From assembly GCA_012026655.1 (NCBI GenBank), contig JAAILG010000502.1, positions 1-64,000 on the forward strand: a stretch of DNA of 64,000 bases. Reading direction: 5' to 3'. Numbering within the stretch: the first letter of the stretch is position 1; the number at the start of each line of letters is the position of its first letter. Under the pieces are notes generated by a model. The model had not been told where the DNA came from, did not search any database, and saw nothing but the letters and a program-made list of their open reading frames with translations. Positions 24,380-36,990 of this stretch are shown piece by piece. Position numbers and translations under genes: made by a program. Origin of the DNA: Hydrolagus affinis (lineage: Eukaryota).

Positions 24380-25015
24380 CGGATCACACTCCGGCGGATC
24401 GCCCGTCTCCGGCAATACCTCACCCCAAAAGCTGCTGAAACCTTGGTCCACGCCTTTGTCACCTCTTGGCTGAATTATTGCAATGCCCTCCTCGCCGGTC
24501 TCCCCTCCACCACAATCCACAAAATCCAGCTAATTCAAAACTCCGCCGCCCACATACTCACCCGCTCTAAGCTTCGCTTCCCTATTACCCCAGTCCTTGC
24601 CAGACTTCACTGGCTCCCTATCCCAGAGAGGATCGACTTCAAGATCCTCACCCTTGTTTTCAAATCCCTCCACTACTCTGCACCCCCCTACCTCTCTGAT
24701 CTCCTCTCCCCACAACCCAGCACCCGCTACCTTCGCTCCTCTGGGTCTGGCCTCCTCTACGTCCCCTAAGTCCTCCGCTCCAAACTCGGTGGCCGTGCCT
24801 TGAGCCACTATGCCCTGAGGCTCTAGAACTCTCTTCCTCACTACCTTCGTCTTGCCCCCTCTTTTCACAGTTTCAGCTGAAGACCTTTCTCTTCGACCGC
24901 GCCTTTGGTCACCTTTCTCCCCCTGGTCCTGGCTTGGTTGCGGGATCCGTTATTGTGAAGCGCTCTGAGACGCCGTCCGGCATGGAGGGCGCTATATAAA
25001 TCAAAGTTGTTGCTG
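24380..25015 (+). mobile_element. Well-preserved L2 3' fragment
   Basis: LRRIARLRQYLTPKAAETLVHAFVTSWLNYCNALLAGLP...LHWLPIPERIDFKIL; (GTT)n tail. Confidence 0.95.
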
Positions 25016-25379
25016 TTATTGCGAAAACATGGCTGCTCTCTGAGATGGCTTTAACAAAAGCAACTCCTCTCAGTCAATATTGAATATGCAGGATAGAGTC
25101 TCTTATGAATTCCGACGGATATTACAGCATGGAGACAGACCATTTAGGTCCAACTCACTTTTGTTCTCGCTGATGTTTGAAACACATATGAAACACAAGG
25201 CCTCATTCCTCCCACTTCCCTCTCCATACTCTATACTCATCTATTCTCTTCTCTCTCATTCACATCACTCTGCCAAAACCAGGTCCTCCTAAACCCCCTT
25301 TTACATGTGCTCCAAATTATCTTATACAGTATTTATGGCCCCGCATTTTAAACATAAGTGAACATTTTAACTCAAAGGG

Positions 25380-25560
25380 CTGTTTTCAGTTGCTGGATTT
25401 AACATCAACTAGAAACAGCCCATTAATGTCAACATAATCAAATCCTTTTGTAATTATATCTAATTTAAATATTTCAGGTTCCCTCCGAATCGCCTCATCT
25501 TCAAAGAGCAAAAACTCTAATCTAACCATACTTCCTTGATAGTTGTATCTGCCCATTCGT
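25380..25560 (-). mobile_element. Decayed CR1 fragment
   Basis: VLQRFTRI...EIFK..ITKGFDYVD...LF, CR1 ORF2 C-terminal motifs. Confidence 0.65.
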
Positions 25561-26252
25561 AATATCCTAGTAAATCTTTGCAGCACTCTCCAGGACTGCA
25601 ATTATGATCTGGAGAGAGTATGTTAAGGACTCCCTGCAAAACATGAACACAATAATAAATCGTTGAGAAACTGTCGTTGGGGTACTTTCATTTGGTGTGA
25701 CGTTATCTGAAGGCCGTCTGAATTGTATGATATTGATTAAGTGATACTTCCTTAAACTTGTGGAATGGTCAAACAGAGGTGTAACACAGCAACAAAACTT
25801 GGACATTTAATCTTATCCAACATATCACACATACCAGAGAATCAGACATCTCTAGAAGCAGCTTACAGTACTGCACAGTACTTAGTTTGTGTTCTGTAAC
25901 TTTTTCTTCTCTATCATTCGTTGTACTTTAGAAAGCTACACTCTTTTAGGATGTTAGGACTGCAGTACTGTGTTTCTATCTATCCAACTGAAGAGCAATG
26001 ATACTCTTGGAAACAAATCATTGTACACGTTGTTTCCAAATTCTGAACACAAGTAAAGTATACAGTATTTGATTTTTTGCTTAAATAAATATTGGAATGC
26101 TTGCCAAAGGCAAGAGTGTAACTGCCAACCAATAAGACTCTGTGTGTCTGTAATTTGGCTGTGACATTTGTTTAACGAGCAGAGTGGAAGACACATTTTT
26201 TCACATACTCTCAGAATGTGATTGGATAGGCAAGATACACTGGTTATAATAT

Positions 26253-26560
26253 ATAATAATAATCCTTGTATTTGATATAGCGCTTTTTCACATTTTCTAG
26301 ACGTCTTAAAGCGCTTCAAAGAATATATTGTAAAGTGAATCGACTATATTGGTGGGCTAAACTTGGCAGCCAATTGTGCACAGCGGTGTCCCACACGGGG
26401 TCGTGGATTGAAGTGACCAATCTTTTATTGTTTTTTTTCTTGAGGGATCATTATCAGGTTTGTGGAGTAAGAAAACTTGCTCAAGAAACTTGCCTGAAAT
26501 CGAACCAAGGTTTCTCACCTGCAAGGCTAGTGCTCTAACCACTGAACTACAGGACTTCAC
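26253..26560 (-). mobile_element. Full-length tRNA-SINE
   Basis: Head ctaaccactgaactacaggacttcac through to the (AAT)n tail. Confidence 0.9.
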
Positions 26561-27559
26561 TACTAATATAATAATAATGGTTATTATTACTATAATATTA
26601 TTATATTATTATTACTATGTAAACAATTAAAGGATATAGCCGCTACCTGAGTTGGTCCAAATAAAGAAGAGTGCACATATATTTGATAGGTTTTGCCAGC
26701 ATAAAATATCTATTTGTAATTACTTTAATGCTGTAGATTAGTGGAGTCTTGTTTAATCAACTAACATACTGTTGTGCTACTATGTATTTTGCCTGTAATG
26801 GAAATTATTGAACGTTTGTAGTGTTAAACGTTTAAGAGAACCTTGTTAATACAACCTTGTTGTAAGCTTGCTAGGAAAGATTGGTGCCTGTCTTATCTCT
26901 ATCTAATTTATTTGACGCTAGACTTTAAATTGATTCATTTCTTACATTTCCCTTTCCTTACTTGATTGAGGAATGAGGAGAAGTGATATCACAAAACAGT
27001 TCATGTCTTGGGTGAGAGGGAGAACACACAAAGTTTATTAGGATGGCCTTGGGTAATAACATTAAGGAAATTGAGTGGAAAGTTACTTTTCCTTATCGAA
27101 GTTTGTGTTTTACAAATGTGGTGAAGGGGTAGAAGGAATGTTTTAATCAATATGTTTTGTGGAATAAAAGAGTAAAATCAAGGAAACTATATCTCAAGAG
27201 AATTATATTTGTGAGGTAAGCTGGATGGTGAGAATTGAAGGAAGGATCAAATAACCAAGTGGGTGTAAATATAACTGTTCTAGTGCTGCTCTTTGGAATA
27301 GACTTGCAAAAGTAGCAGCAGCTAGCAAATAAAGAATACAAGAAGAAAAGAAACAAAGATAAAGAAGAAATGGTGAAGTAGAAGAAAGTCCGGGAACTCC
27401 TGTACAAATTCTCTTCTCCAGGTTGGTAACTGTAAATTTCTGTAACATGCCCATTGCTATAAAAAGTTTTCTTGAATGAACATCCCGTCTTTGTGACCTT
27501 GATTATCTCAGCGTGTGAGTATTTTAAATAGAGTGATGATTTGAGTCAACGTTTGGTAG

Positions 27560-27910
27560 CCAGGGGTAGGGCTTGTTAATCTTGAGAGAAGGTAACCCCA
27601 TAGAGATATGTAACATTTTAAAGGGACAGGAAAAGTAACCTCTCAAAAAAATACTTCAGGAATACAATAACACAGTAGAAGAGGAGGACATAGGTTTGAG
27701 TTGTACAGGGCAATTTCAAGACAGATAACAGTTTTTTTTCACAACACAGAGGGTATTCAACAAATGGAACAGGCTGCCTGCCTTCTTCAGTAATGCGTAA
27801 TTAACAGCATTAAGAGGTGAGACCAGGACACTGGACTCATTTAAAGACATCTTGATACCATAATGAGGATATGATAAGGATTGATAAGAGTGGATGGGCC
27901 ACAGGGATCT
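27560..27910 (+). mobile_element. Decayed CR1 3' end
   Basis: tttcacaacacagagggtattcaacaaatggaacaggctgcc, the CR1 FF.QRV..WN.LP motif. Confidence 0.65.
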
Positions 27911-28639
27911 CTTATCCAGACTGACATTGTGAATCCGGCAAACCAAAGCCCTAATAATAAGGATGTCTTGGACAAGCATCAGAAAGCTTGCCAGACAGCG
28001 TTCCTGTAAATGGCAAGCAATGCAGTGTTATACGCCAACAATACACCCTGCACACTGTGGACTTCCCAAGTCTTTCCAAGTGAAGTCGGAGAGTCCTAGC
28101 CCCGATGACAGATCATGCTAACAGTTCCAGTACCTTCACACTTAATAAACAAGTTTTGTCAAGTAAACTTCTTTCAGATATTTTCAGTAACAAGAGACAG
28201 ATATAAAACTCTGTTTCCAATGTCTCCAATTTAGAAATATTGGATTTTAGAGTTCTCTGTGAAATTTAAATCCAATCCAATCACACGGTCTAAGAAACAA
28301 ATCTGGCCGCAAATCTTTTTCATTTTATTTCTTCTCTTTAGTTCTTCCTGATTCTATGGTTACAGAAAAATCAATTCATTACACCATATATTTCATAAAT
28401 GATGCTTTAATTCCTAGTCCAGCATCTGAATGCTCAATAACAGTATTTAGAGGTCAGAATGAAAACTCCACACAATATATTCTTTGAATGTTCTTTTCAG
28501 ACTATGTACCAGACAGACAATGTCAACACAACCTAAATCCTTAATGGTTTAATATTGTCTGGACAGCTCCTTCCAATTTTATCTCTCTAAGGACAAGCAA
28601 CTTGTTTCACTCACTGCCCCCAGCATGTACACTGCATCA

Positions 28640-28902
28640 ATTAACATGTATGCTAAATGTGCACAGAAGCATCTCACAAACGGTCATGGATTGAGTTACC
28701 AAATTTCTGTTTAATTTTTCTTTTTGTTATGGGATTATTAACCCTGGAAAAGCAAATTTATCAATCGACTGACAACCAAGTTCCTACGTGTTGCTAGGTA
28801 AACAGAGGCACTTGGAGTAAAGAAAGGAGTAAGGAAATGTGCCTAACACCGGTCCGGGAGTCAAACCTAGGTCCTCTCACTTGCGAGGCTAAGCTACAGG
28901 AC
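28640..28902 (-). mobile_element. tRNA-SINE, long-form subfamily
   Basis: Extra block caatcgactgacaaccaagttcctacgtgttgctaggtaaacagaggc at ~28741-28808. Confidence 0.75.
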
Positions 28903-29384
28903 AATATATAAAAGGTGCCATCAAGTGTCAATATCACTGTCCTGTAAGTGGATAGAGTTACACTCAATTATAGCCTGGCATACACTGAGCCGTCTAACTG
29001 GGTAGTCAGAACAAGGCAGCCAGACTTAACAACAATATAAGGCGGAGGGTTCTTGAAAGGGTGAAATATAGGTTTATTGATGAAAGCTGGGAACCTGGCA
29101 ATTATCAGAGAATGTGAAAGCAGAGTATCCTACAGCTCTCACACTCTGAGGGCACTTGGCCTTAGGTTTTGTCCTGCATTACCAAAATCCTCCCACCCAT
29201 GTCAATCACTGCCCCAAACAGGGCAAATTAAAATGTTTACACAATTTGCTCGAGGTAATTGATGGAGTTATTAGGGACACCACAAATGCTGCAATTTCCT
29301 CTTTGTTAAAGAAATCTGAGAGTGTTATAGCCTGTTTATCACTTGTGTGGCTGAGTGGACAGGTCAAAGGCATCATTGGAATAA

Positions 29385-29492
29385 ATAACAACAACAACTT
29401 CGATTTATATAGCGCCCTCCACGCCGGACGACGTCTCAGAGCGCTTCCTTATCTTATACTTATACTATCTTATCTTAAATCTTATACTATCT
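29385..29492 (-). mobile_element. Short L2 tail abutting a degenerate (CTTAT)n microsatellite
   Basis: gcgccctccacgccggacgacgtctcagagcgct matches the 665-730 tail. Confidence 0.8.
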
Positions 29493-29689
29493 TGAGTACA
29501 GTATGGGTAAAATAGTGCTGGTGACTGTGTGCTGATTGACGGCATTTTGGGCCAACACTGTTTAAGCAGTCACTGAGAATATGTTTTATTGTTTGATACA
29601 TATTTCAGGATTGAATACATCCTGAATGGATACTGGATCCATCCACATCTTCAAGAGTGAGGTTGATGCATTTTTGGTAGGTCAGGCTA

Positions 29690-29812
29690 TAATAATATTA
29701 ATAATCCTTGCATTTCATATTGTGCTTTTCACATCTTAGACATTACAAAGCGCTTCACAGAAAATACTGTAGAGTGAATTGACTGCATATTTATGGGCAA
29801 AACACGGCAGCC
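29690..29812 (-). mobile_element. SINE 3' fragment inserted in a CR1 3' relic (~29620-29940)
   Basis: SINE tail flanked by CR1-like sequence (aagggatatggggagaaagcggg...cgaagggcctactcctgttcc). Confidence 0.7.
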
Positions 29813-31279
29813 ATTATATTAAGGGATATGGGGAGAAAGCGGGAACTTGGAATTGAAGAGATTAGTTGAGGTACAGATCAGTCATGATCTAATTAAATGG
29901 AGGAACAGGCTCGAAGGGCCTACTCCTGTTCCAATGAACAGATACAGAAATATACTCCTAGTGTGTGAATTCCAGAAATTTCCAAATGAAATAGCTATTG
30001 CCTCCAGTTGTGATGACACACACAGCAAATGTGGGCATTGTTTAAGGTGTTAAAGCCAGAAGCAGCCTCTACGATAGATGTGTAGCTTTCAGTTCAGGAA
30101 CCCGCTGGTTCATAAAATGTTGTGATAAATAAATGTACAATGTTCAATTTGACAGCAATTGTACAAATTATAGACAATTGACTTGCAAATGCATAACACG
30201 CATGTAGCTACACAATGGTGTATGGGAGAGGAGAGGTAGTTGAAAAGTAATGATACAGATGTCCTGTTTGCACAACCAGTGAGAAGCTAATTACCACATT
30301 GCTGAATTCTAGGCTTGCTACCATCACGTAGTTCTCTACTTGAACATGTGTTTGGGTTTGCCCAGGAATGCAGCAGGTCAAAGGTTAAATAATTGCTAGT
30401 GTTCCGCACTGCCAGAAGGTGACTGGATCAGACAGACAGGGCGCAGAGGGCAGCGTCTGTCTCAAGGTAATTAGCATGTCAGGCTGTCAGTCATGGTGAC
30501 AGTATAAAGTGCTTTTTTATTACTCAAACCTTAGGCACATTAGACGTACGCTGCTTGTTGAGGTTGAATATCCTCTCTCCATTGTTTAACCCTTTGTGTG
30601 GCAGCGAACCAACAAAATCAAATGAAGGCAATCTACGTCACCAAGAGCCAATCTTCCAAAAGCAATTTCAGCAGCTAACAGCTTGAGGGAACGGTCGGCC
30701 AAACTGTGGTTAATAACTCTAGAAACATCCCAATGTGAAAGGTGCGATATAAATGCAATTTGTTGTTGAATCTACTCCTTCACCTTTTCCCTTGCGAGCT
30801 GAATACAACCATGTAACCTGTGTCTTTTATACCCTCGGCTAGAAAGCTCAGTATCAGCTTTCACCTCAACTTTAATCAGAAAATGCTTTTTTTTATGGTG
30901 AATATTTCTGCCTAGCCTAAGGAATCGCACTATATTAGCAGAAATGAGAAAACTATCAATGTGTAACGAACGCCTCAAATATATGAATGTGAACTTATTA
31001 TCTCCATTTGTTTATTCCATGACATTGATCAAAAAACACACAGATCAGTCATCTTCCCATCTGACCCCTCTCCCAAATCCAACCCCCATGGCTTGGGTGC
31101 AAATCCTCAGCCTCGGTACGTCTCCCGATGTGAAAGTCGCTATATAAATGCAATTAGTTGTTGTTTTCATTTTCCCTCGAACCTTCTGCAGACTTTCATG
31201 ATGATGGTGACCCTTTAAGTTCTTGCTGTACTGTGACAGTAATATGCAGTGAGATCCCATAGAGAGAATGAACTTCAGC

Positions 31280-31700
31280 ATAATAATAATAATATAATCA
31301 TCATCCTTGCATTTGATATAGCGCTTTTCATGTCTTTGAGAATCTCAAAGCTCTTCACAGAATATACTGTAAAGTGAACTGACTGTATGTTTGTCGGTGA
31401 AACGTGGCAGCCAATTTTGCACAGCACGTCCCACAAACAGTCGTGGATTGAAATGACTAAATTATTGTTTTTTTTTCTAGAATGATTGTTATCAGGCTTG
31501 TGGAGTAAACATGCTCAAGGTTTTGCCCTACTGGGAATCGAACCCAGGTCTCTTGTTTGTGAGGTGAGTGCTTGACATAGGTTTCACCTGCAAGATATGC
31601 AGCCACTATTCTTTATAGTATATTCTGTAAAAAAAAAACTTTAAGACATCCTCCTGGTGTGAAAGGGGCTAAATCAAATGTAAGGATTATGATTATCTTA
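31280..31700 (-). mobile_element. tRNA-SINE (minus, ~31280-31575) followed by a plus-strand tail relic
   Basis: B box gggaatcgaacccagg; typical body and tail. Confidence 0.85.
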
Positions 31701-31857
31701 AGGTCCAAAAACATTTATGAGAGAGAAGGTATTCCTACCTATCAGTATTGGTCTTCCTGAAGTGCCCTGGGAACAGCCATGAATATTGTATTTCTCTGTA
31801 TGTTTGTCTAATTCTGGTGATTAGTGGTAAGAGTGTACATAGAGTAGAAACTCTGCA

Positions 31858-32110
31858 TTTCAGCATCTCTGCCCCCACACTCTGGAACTCCACCCTACAG
31901 TCCCTTCACCTCGCTTCCTCCCTCGCCTCCTTCAAGGCCGGTCTCAAGACCCTCCTCTACGATTATGCTTTCTGCCACCCTCCCAACTCTCTCTCTCCCC
32001 TCCCCCTACCCTGTCACTCCCACTTGCTCGGGTCTCGACCTCACTATTCAGCACCTTGGGACGTCCCGTTGACGTGAAAGGGGCTCTAAATATGTCATTT
32101 TGTTGTTGCA
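31858..32110 (+). mobile_element. L2 3' fragment
   Basis: FSISAPTLWNSTLQSLHLASSLASFKAGLKTLL. Confidence 0.9.
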
Positions 32111-34504
32111 TACACCAACATACCCTCTTAGTTGGATCAAATTAGATATGGGTCTGTGAGACACCAGCAAAGAAAATCCAGTTCTCCACTCTGCACCCTG
32201 CAAGCGAAATCTGCAAGATGTCATGCAAATCACTTTTGCCCACACAGTTGATTGTCTAGGGTGCAAGAGAACATACAACAGGAAGGAAATCTGAACTGTT
32301 TTATAAAAGACACCTTTATTTTAGACCATGACTATTCACTAATGGCTATTCATGATGGCATGTGAAGAGTTTTTGCCAGCAACGCTTAGGATCTGTTCTT
32401 TCGATAAGAGGTGCTCAGCCAATAAAAGCCCCAGCTCTTTTGAAAGAATTTTCCTTTTCATCATGTTACATAACAGCTGCATGCACAAACACATTTGACT
32501 TGATATGTTGCGTCTACTGACACAGCAAATTTGTTTGCAGCCTGTTAATTCGCATCTCTGTTTGGTGGCCGTTTAAATGCTTTCGTTGAAATCTACAACA
32601 TAAATGTACATTCACCCTATATTCTTTGCAGTCTAGGCCAGAAATCTCTTGATTCGAGTGAATGTAATGATGCTTTTATCATATTAGCCCTGGAACTCTC
32701 CAAGTGAAGGATTGTCTGCTTAGTAGATGTATGAGGAGAGACACTACGATCGAATAGATTCCCAACATGGGACGTCCTCCCAACGTGAAAGGCGTTATAC
32801 AAATGTAATCTTGTAGTTGTGGATTATTGTTCCCGGCATATATTAGATTATGTAAATGGATGAGATTTCAAATAATCGACAAGCAATAGTCGGTTGTGCC
32901 CATATATAGGAACAAAGAAATGCACAGGACTAGAAATGCTCCAAATAAAACATAAATAAAAATTTGTCCTTCTCAACCATCTCTGATACTCCTGATGTAC
33001 GCAGATCCATCGCCACTTGTTCCAACGGTTCCCTGTTATTTACATCGTCAACCAGTATTTGGAATGCTGGTTGGAGTGACTATTGTTCCTCAATATCCTG
33101 CTGGGAAACTGTACTCGTGATATCTGCAGAAATTTAGGAACATTGAAATCTATCAATGCAGAAGGAGGCTATTTGGTTGATCAAGCCTGCACCAGCTCAC
33201 AGAGCAAGGATATTGCTTCAATCCCACCCTATCTCCATATCCCTTTAAGCCGTTCTATTTCATATGCCTGTCTATTTCCATCTTGAAGGCTGCAGTGAAA
33301 TCCACCTTCATCACTCTACTCCACAGCGTATTCTACACCCCAACTGCTTTCTGGGTGAAAATAATTATCCTAAATTCCCCTTTAACTCTTCTTGTGGCAA
33401 ACTTATATGTCTGTCCCTGAGTTACCTGTGGAAATAACTTCTCCTCTGTTAACCCTCACAAATCCCCTAATGATTTTATACACCTTAATCATTGATAAAA
33501 CATTTAGTTTGTTTCAGTACCATGGCATGTTCTTAATATTTACAATTCTGTGAAGGACACAATTAACTTTGTAAACAACATTACACTTTCTGCATCATTG
33601 TATATATCTATATATTATACCATCACAAAACAGAATACTGAGCATAAAAGCATTTTGTATACTGCTCCATCTACTCTATAATTCTGCAAATTTACAGAAC
33701 AGTGTTCTGGTAGCCAGAGAGGAACAACAGATTCCTATTAATAGTACTAAGCTTTGCAGTTGATATAGCGCCTTATTGCGTTGTGGAGACATTTCAAAGC
33801 GCTTCAACAGGATATACTGTAACAGGATATTCTTGACTATAAAGCCACACATCGTTAGATCTCTGGGCCGTCCATCACTCAAGCACACTTCCACAGAAAG
33901 GGCACTTTGTTTGACTTCTAACTCGGATGATAGAGTGATCCACCTCTTCTGCATGAAAAATGACATCTGAAATGTCCCACTTGAACCCTGGCCCCGGCCA
34001 GCTAAATTACACACTCACATTGACAACAGTTCTAGAGAAATCAAGCTCTTAGACTGTCCTTTGGCTTTTCTGGAGTTTGATATGGTTAAGCAATAGTTGT
34101 AAACCTATGATTCTATAACCGATCCAAACTAATTCCAGTGTTAGATATGGTCATGTATCCAAGATTCACTGGGACAACTGAAATTCTGAAACCACTCTGC
34201 TGAAAGGCCAACTCGTCAATGCATAATCAATAACATGTATTGTGTTCTATAATCAATTCAGGATCACACTGATGTTCTGAGGATCATAAAAAGTCCTCAA
34301 AACAAAGCTTAAACAATTTAATGTGAAATGGTCTGACTGTTCACTTGTAGGCAGTCACAGGACTTTTAAATAGAAATATCAGTCTTATGAACACAGTACT
34401 GCATTTGTATTTCTGTTGGTTACAAAGCTGAGGGTGGTATATTGATTGGGATAGAGAGACCATTCGCCACTCACAACATTGAATATCTTTACTACTGGCT
34501 AAAT

Positions 34505-34730
34505 TTCTATAGAAATTTGTATAGCACCTTTCGCATCGGGAGGACATTGCAAGGCGTTGGACAATCAGTGTTTCAGACTACTTCCCCCTCTCCCACTCTC
34601 CTTCCCCTTCCCTCTACCCCGACCTTCACCCCCATCGCTCGGGTCCCGACCTGACTGTTCAGCGCTTTGGGACGTCCTCCAGATGTGAAAGGCGCTATAC
34701 AAGTGCAATTTTGTTTGTGTTGTTGTTGTA
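34505..34730. mobile_element. Two L2 3' ends in opposite orientation
   Basis: Minus-strand tail ~34515-34575 and plus-strand tail ~34580-34730. Confidence 0.8.
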
Positions 34731-35484
34731 CAAGAGGAAATAAGGAGAAAAATCCTTCAATCCAGTCAAATGAATAACGAGAAATTCAAAGAATACAAAG
34801 ATATGTGGGTATTTTTGAAACTTAAGACTTTTACTGAAGTTCATTTTCAGGTTTCCCACCATTTGTTTTGTCTGGAAACTGAAGCAAAATCATAACTGAG
34901 CAAACATCAGCCACCAGGAGGCCTCACAGGCAGGTTAGTGCACAGATTGGGATATATTAACTACCAGGCCTGAACACATCGCTCGGTGTTATAAAGCCTG
35001 GACACACTGACAAGGCCTCAATTTCAAAAACAGACAAAAACATAAGCAAATGCTTGAAAAATGCATCAATTTCCTGTTTCTTTGCAGACTAAAGTGTGGT
35101 AGCATCATTTTCGACAGGCATCAATATTAGTGGCTGGGAAATTGAATGGCTGGTGGTGGCACTGTGTTTAGGAACCCAATCCAAGCAGGAGGCAACTCAC
35201 AGACTGTTTAACATAAACTAAGAAATGAAAAGAAATGAGAGTGATATTCTAGTGAAGGGTGGTAAAGGTTAGCACACTGGATTTAGTTCAGAAACAGCTT
35301 CATGCAATATGTTCTGTGAAGTGTTTTGAGATGTCTCAACTACATGACAAGGTGCTACATTAAATACAAGGATTATTATTCTGATTCTTATATGGACTGA
35401 AGGGTCTTTTTCATTAGTTTTCTGTGATCAAGTTCACAACTCCAATCTGGTATCAATGTTGCTAACAAACACCAATATCTTACC

Positions 35485-35800
35485 ATGATCTGCTACCTGC
35501 TCCATGTCCACCTCCCCACATCGGTGGCCGGGCTTTCAGCCTCTCTGCCCCCACACTGTGGAACTCCATCCCACAATCCCTCCGCTTCACTTCCTCTCTT
35601 TCCTCCTTCAAGGCCGGTCTCAAGACCTTCCTCTTCGAATGTGCCTTCTGCTCCCCTCCTAACTCTTCCACCTCTCCTACTCCCCTTCCCCCTACCCTGA
35701 CCCTTCCCCCCGCGCTCGGGTCCTGACCTGACCGTTCAGCGCTTTAGGATGTCCTCCCGATGTGAAAGGCGCTCTACAAATGTAATTTTGTTGTTGTTGT
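35485..35800 (+). mobile_element. L2 3' fragment
   Basis: Same subfamily as 20285-20590; (GTT)n tail. Confidence 0.9.
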
Positions 35801-36278
35801 AATTTTACAATGTGCCTTCTTAATACTCACCTCAGCTCTTTTGCTGAAGCTGTTAGTTGATGCGTATCAACTGGTCCTGTTTTGTGTTGGTGTTGGATTG
35901 AAAGTGAAGCCCGAAGCAACAGTGTTTTGGTGCAATTTTCAATATTAGCAAATGGGTTTCTCGTGTTTACTGCTATTCCTAATTGGTTCAATTCCCAGCT
36001 GGCATATTGCAAATACCAAGTCAGCAACATCTGAACTAAGGTGGCAAGCACATCACCAAATAACTCATTTAATTATAAATGTGATTACCCATACAAAAAT
36101 TAATAATGTCTATTGTTCAAAACAGTGCCCCTTATTTAACTCATTATTTGCAGAGGATGAATTTTTCCTACTTCACTCAGGGAATAATACTAAAGCAGCT
36201 CCTGCTGAAGACTTCATCATTAGCACTGAAAAACAAATGTTATTGGGAGTGACCTTCAGCAACCTGGATGAGCCATCT

Positions 36279-36990
36279 ACAACAACAACAAAATTACACG
36301 TGTATAGTGCCTTTCACGTCAGGAGGACATCCCAAGGTGCTGGACAGTCACTGTTTCAGACCTGAGCTGGTGATGGAGGGGGAGGGAAGGGGGGGGATTA
36401 TGAGTTGCCGATGGGACCATTGAAGAGGAGAGTCTTGAGGCAGGACTTGAAGGAGCTCAGGGAGGGGGCGAGGCGGAGGAACTGTGGGATGGAGTTCCAG
36501 CGATTATTGGGGGCAGAGTGGCTAAAGGCTCACCTGCCAATGGTGGGGTGGGTTTAAATGTGAGGACCAGGATCTTGAATTGGATCCTCTGGATAATGGG
36601 GAGCCAATGGAGTCGGGCGAGAATGGGGGAGATGGGGTAACAGAGTTTGAAACGGGAGAGGACACGAGCAGCAGAATTCTGGATCATCTGCAACCTGTGG
36701 AGGGAGGAATTGGGAAGGCTGACAAGCAGGGTATTTGCATAGTCGAGTTGGGATGTAATGAAAACATGAATGAGGTTTTTCAGCGGCTTTGGGGGGTGAG
36801 GTAGTGGCGGATTTGGGCAATATTGTGGAGATGAGGAAAGGCAGAGCGAGTCATTGCTGGGATAGGGGTGGAGGAAAGACAGTTGAGGATTGAACAAGAT
36901 ACCTAGTTTACTGACTGGCTTGGTGAGTTCGAGTGAGCAACCCTGGAGATTTATGCTGCCAGCGCCTGATGCATGAAGGTGTTAGCGCAA
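36279..36990 (-). mobile_element. L2 fragment
   Basis: LIHVFITSQLDYANTLL...IQNSAARVL...LHWLPIIQRIQFKILVLTFK. Confidence 0.92.

Noticed and set aside
24221-24769. Longest ORF (182 aa) and other long ORFs (43253, 44264, 36457, 18970)
   Set aside because: Fragments of L2 ORF2, truncated or frameshifted; not host genes.
35827-36051. 74-aa minus-strand ORF ending at a strong donor GAG|gtgagt
   Set aside because: The open frame ends in phase 2, incompatible with phase-0 exon 7; no convincing acceptor or homology.
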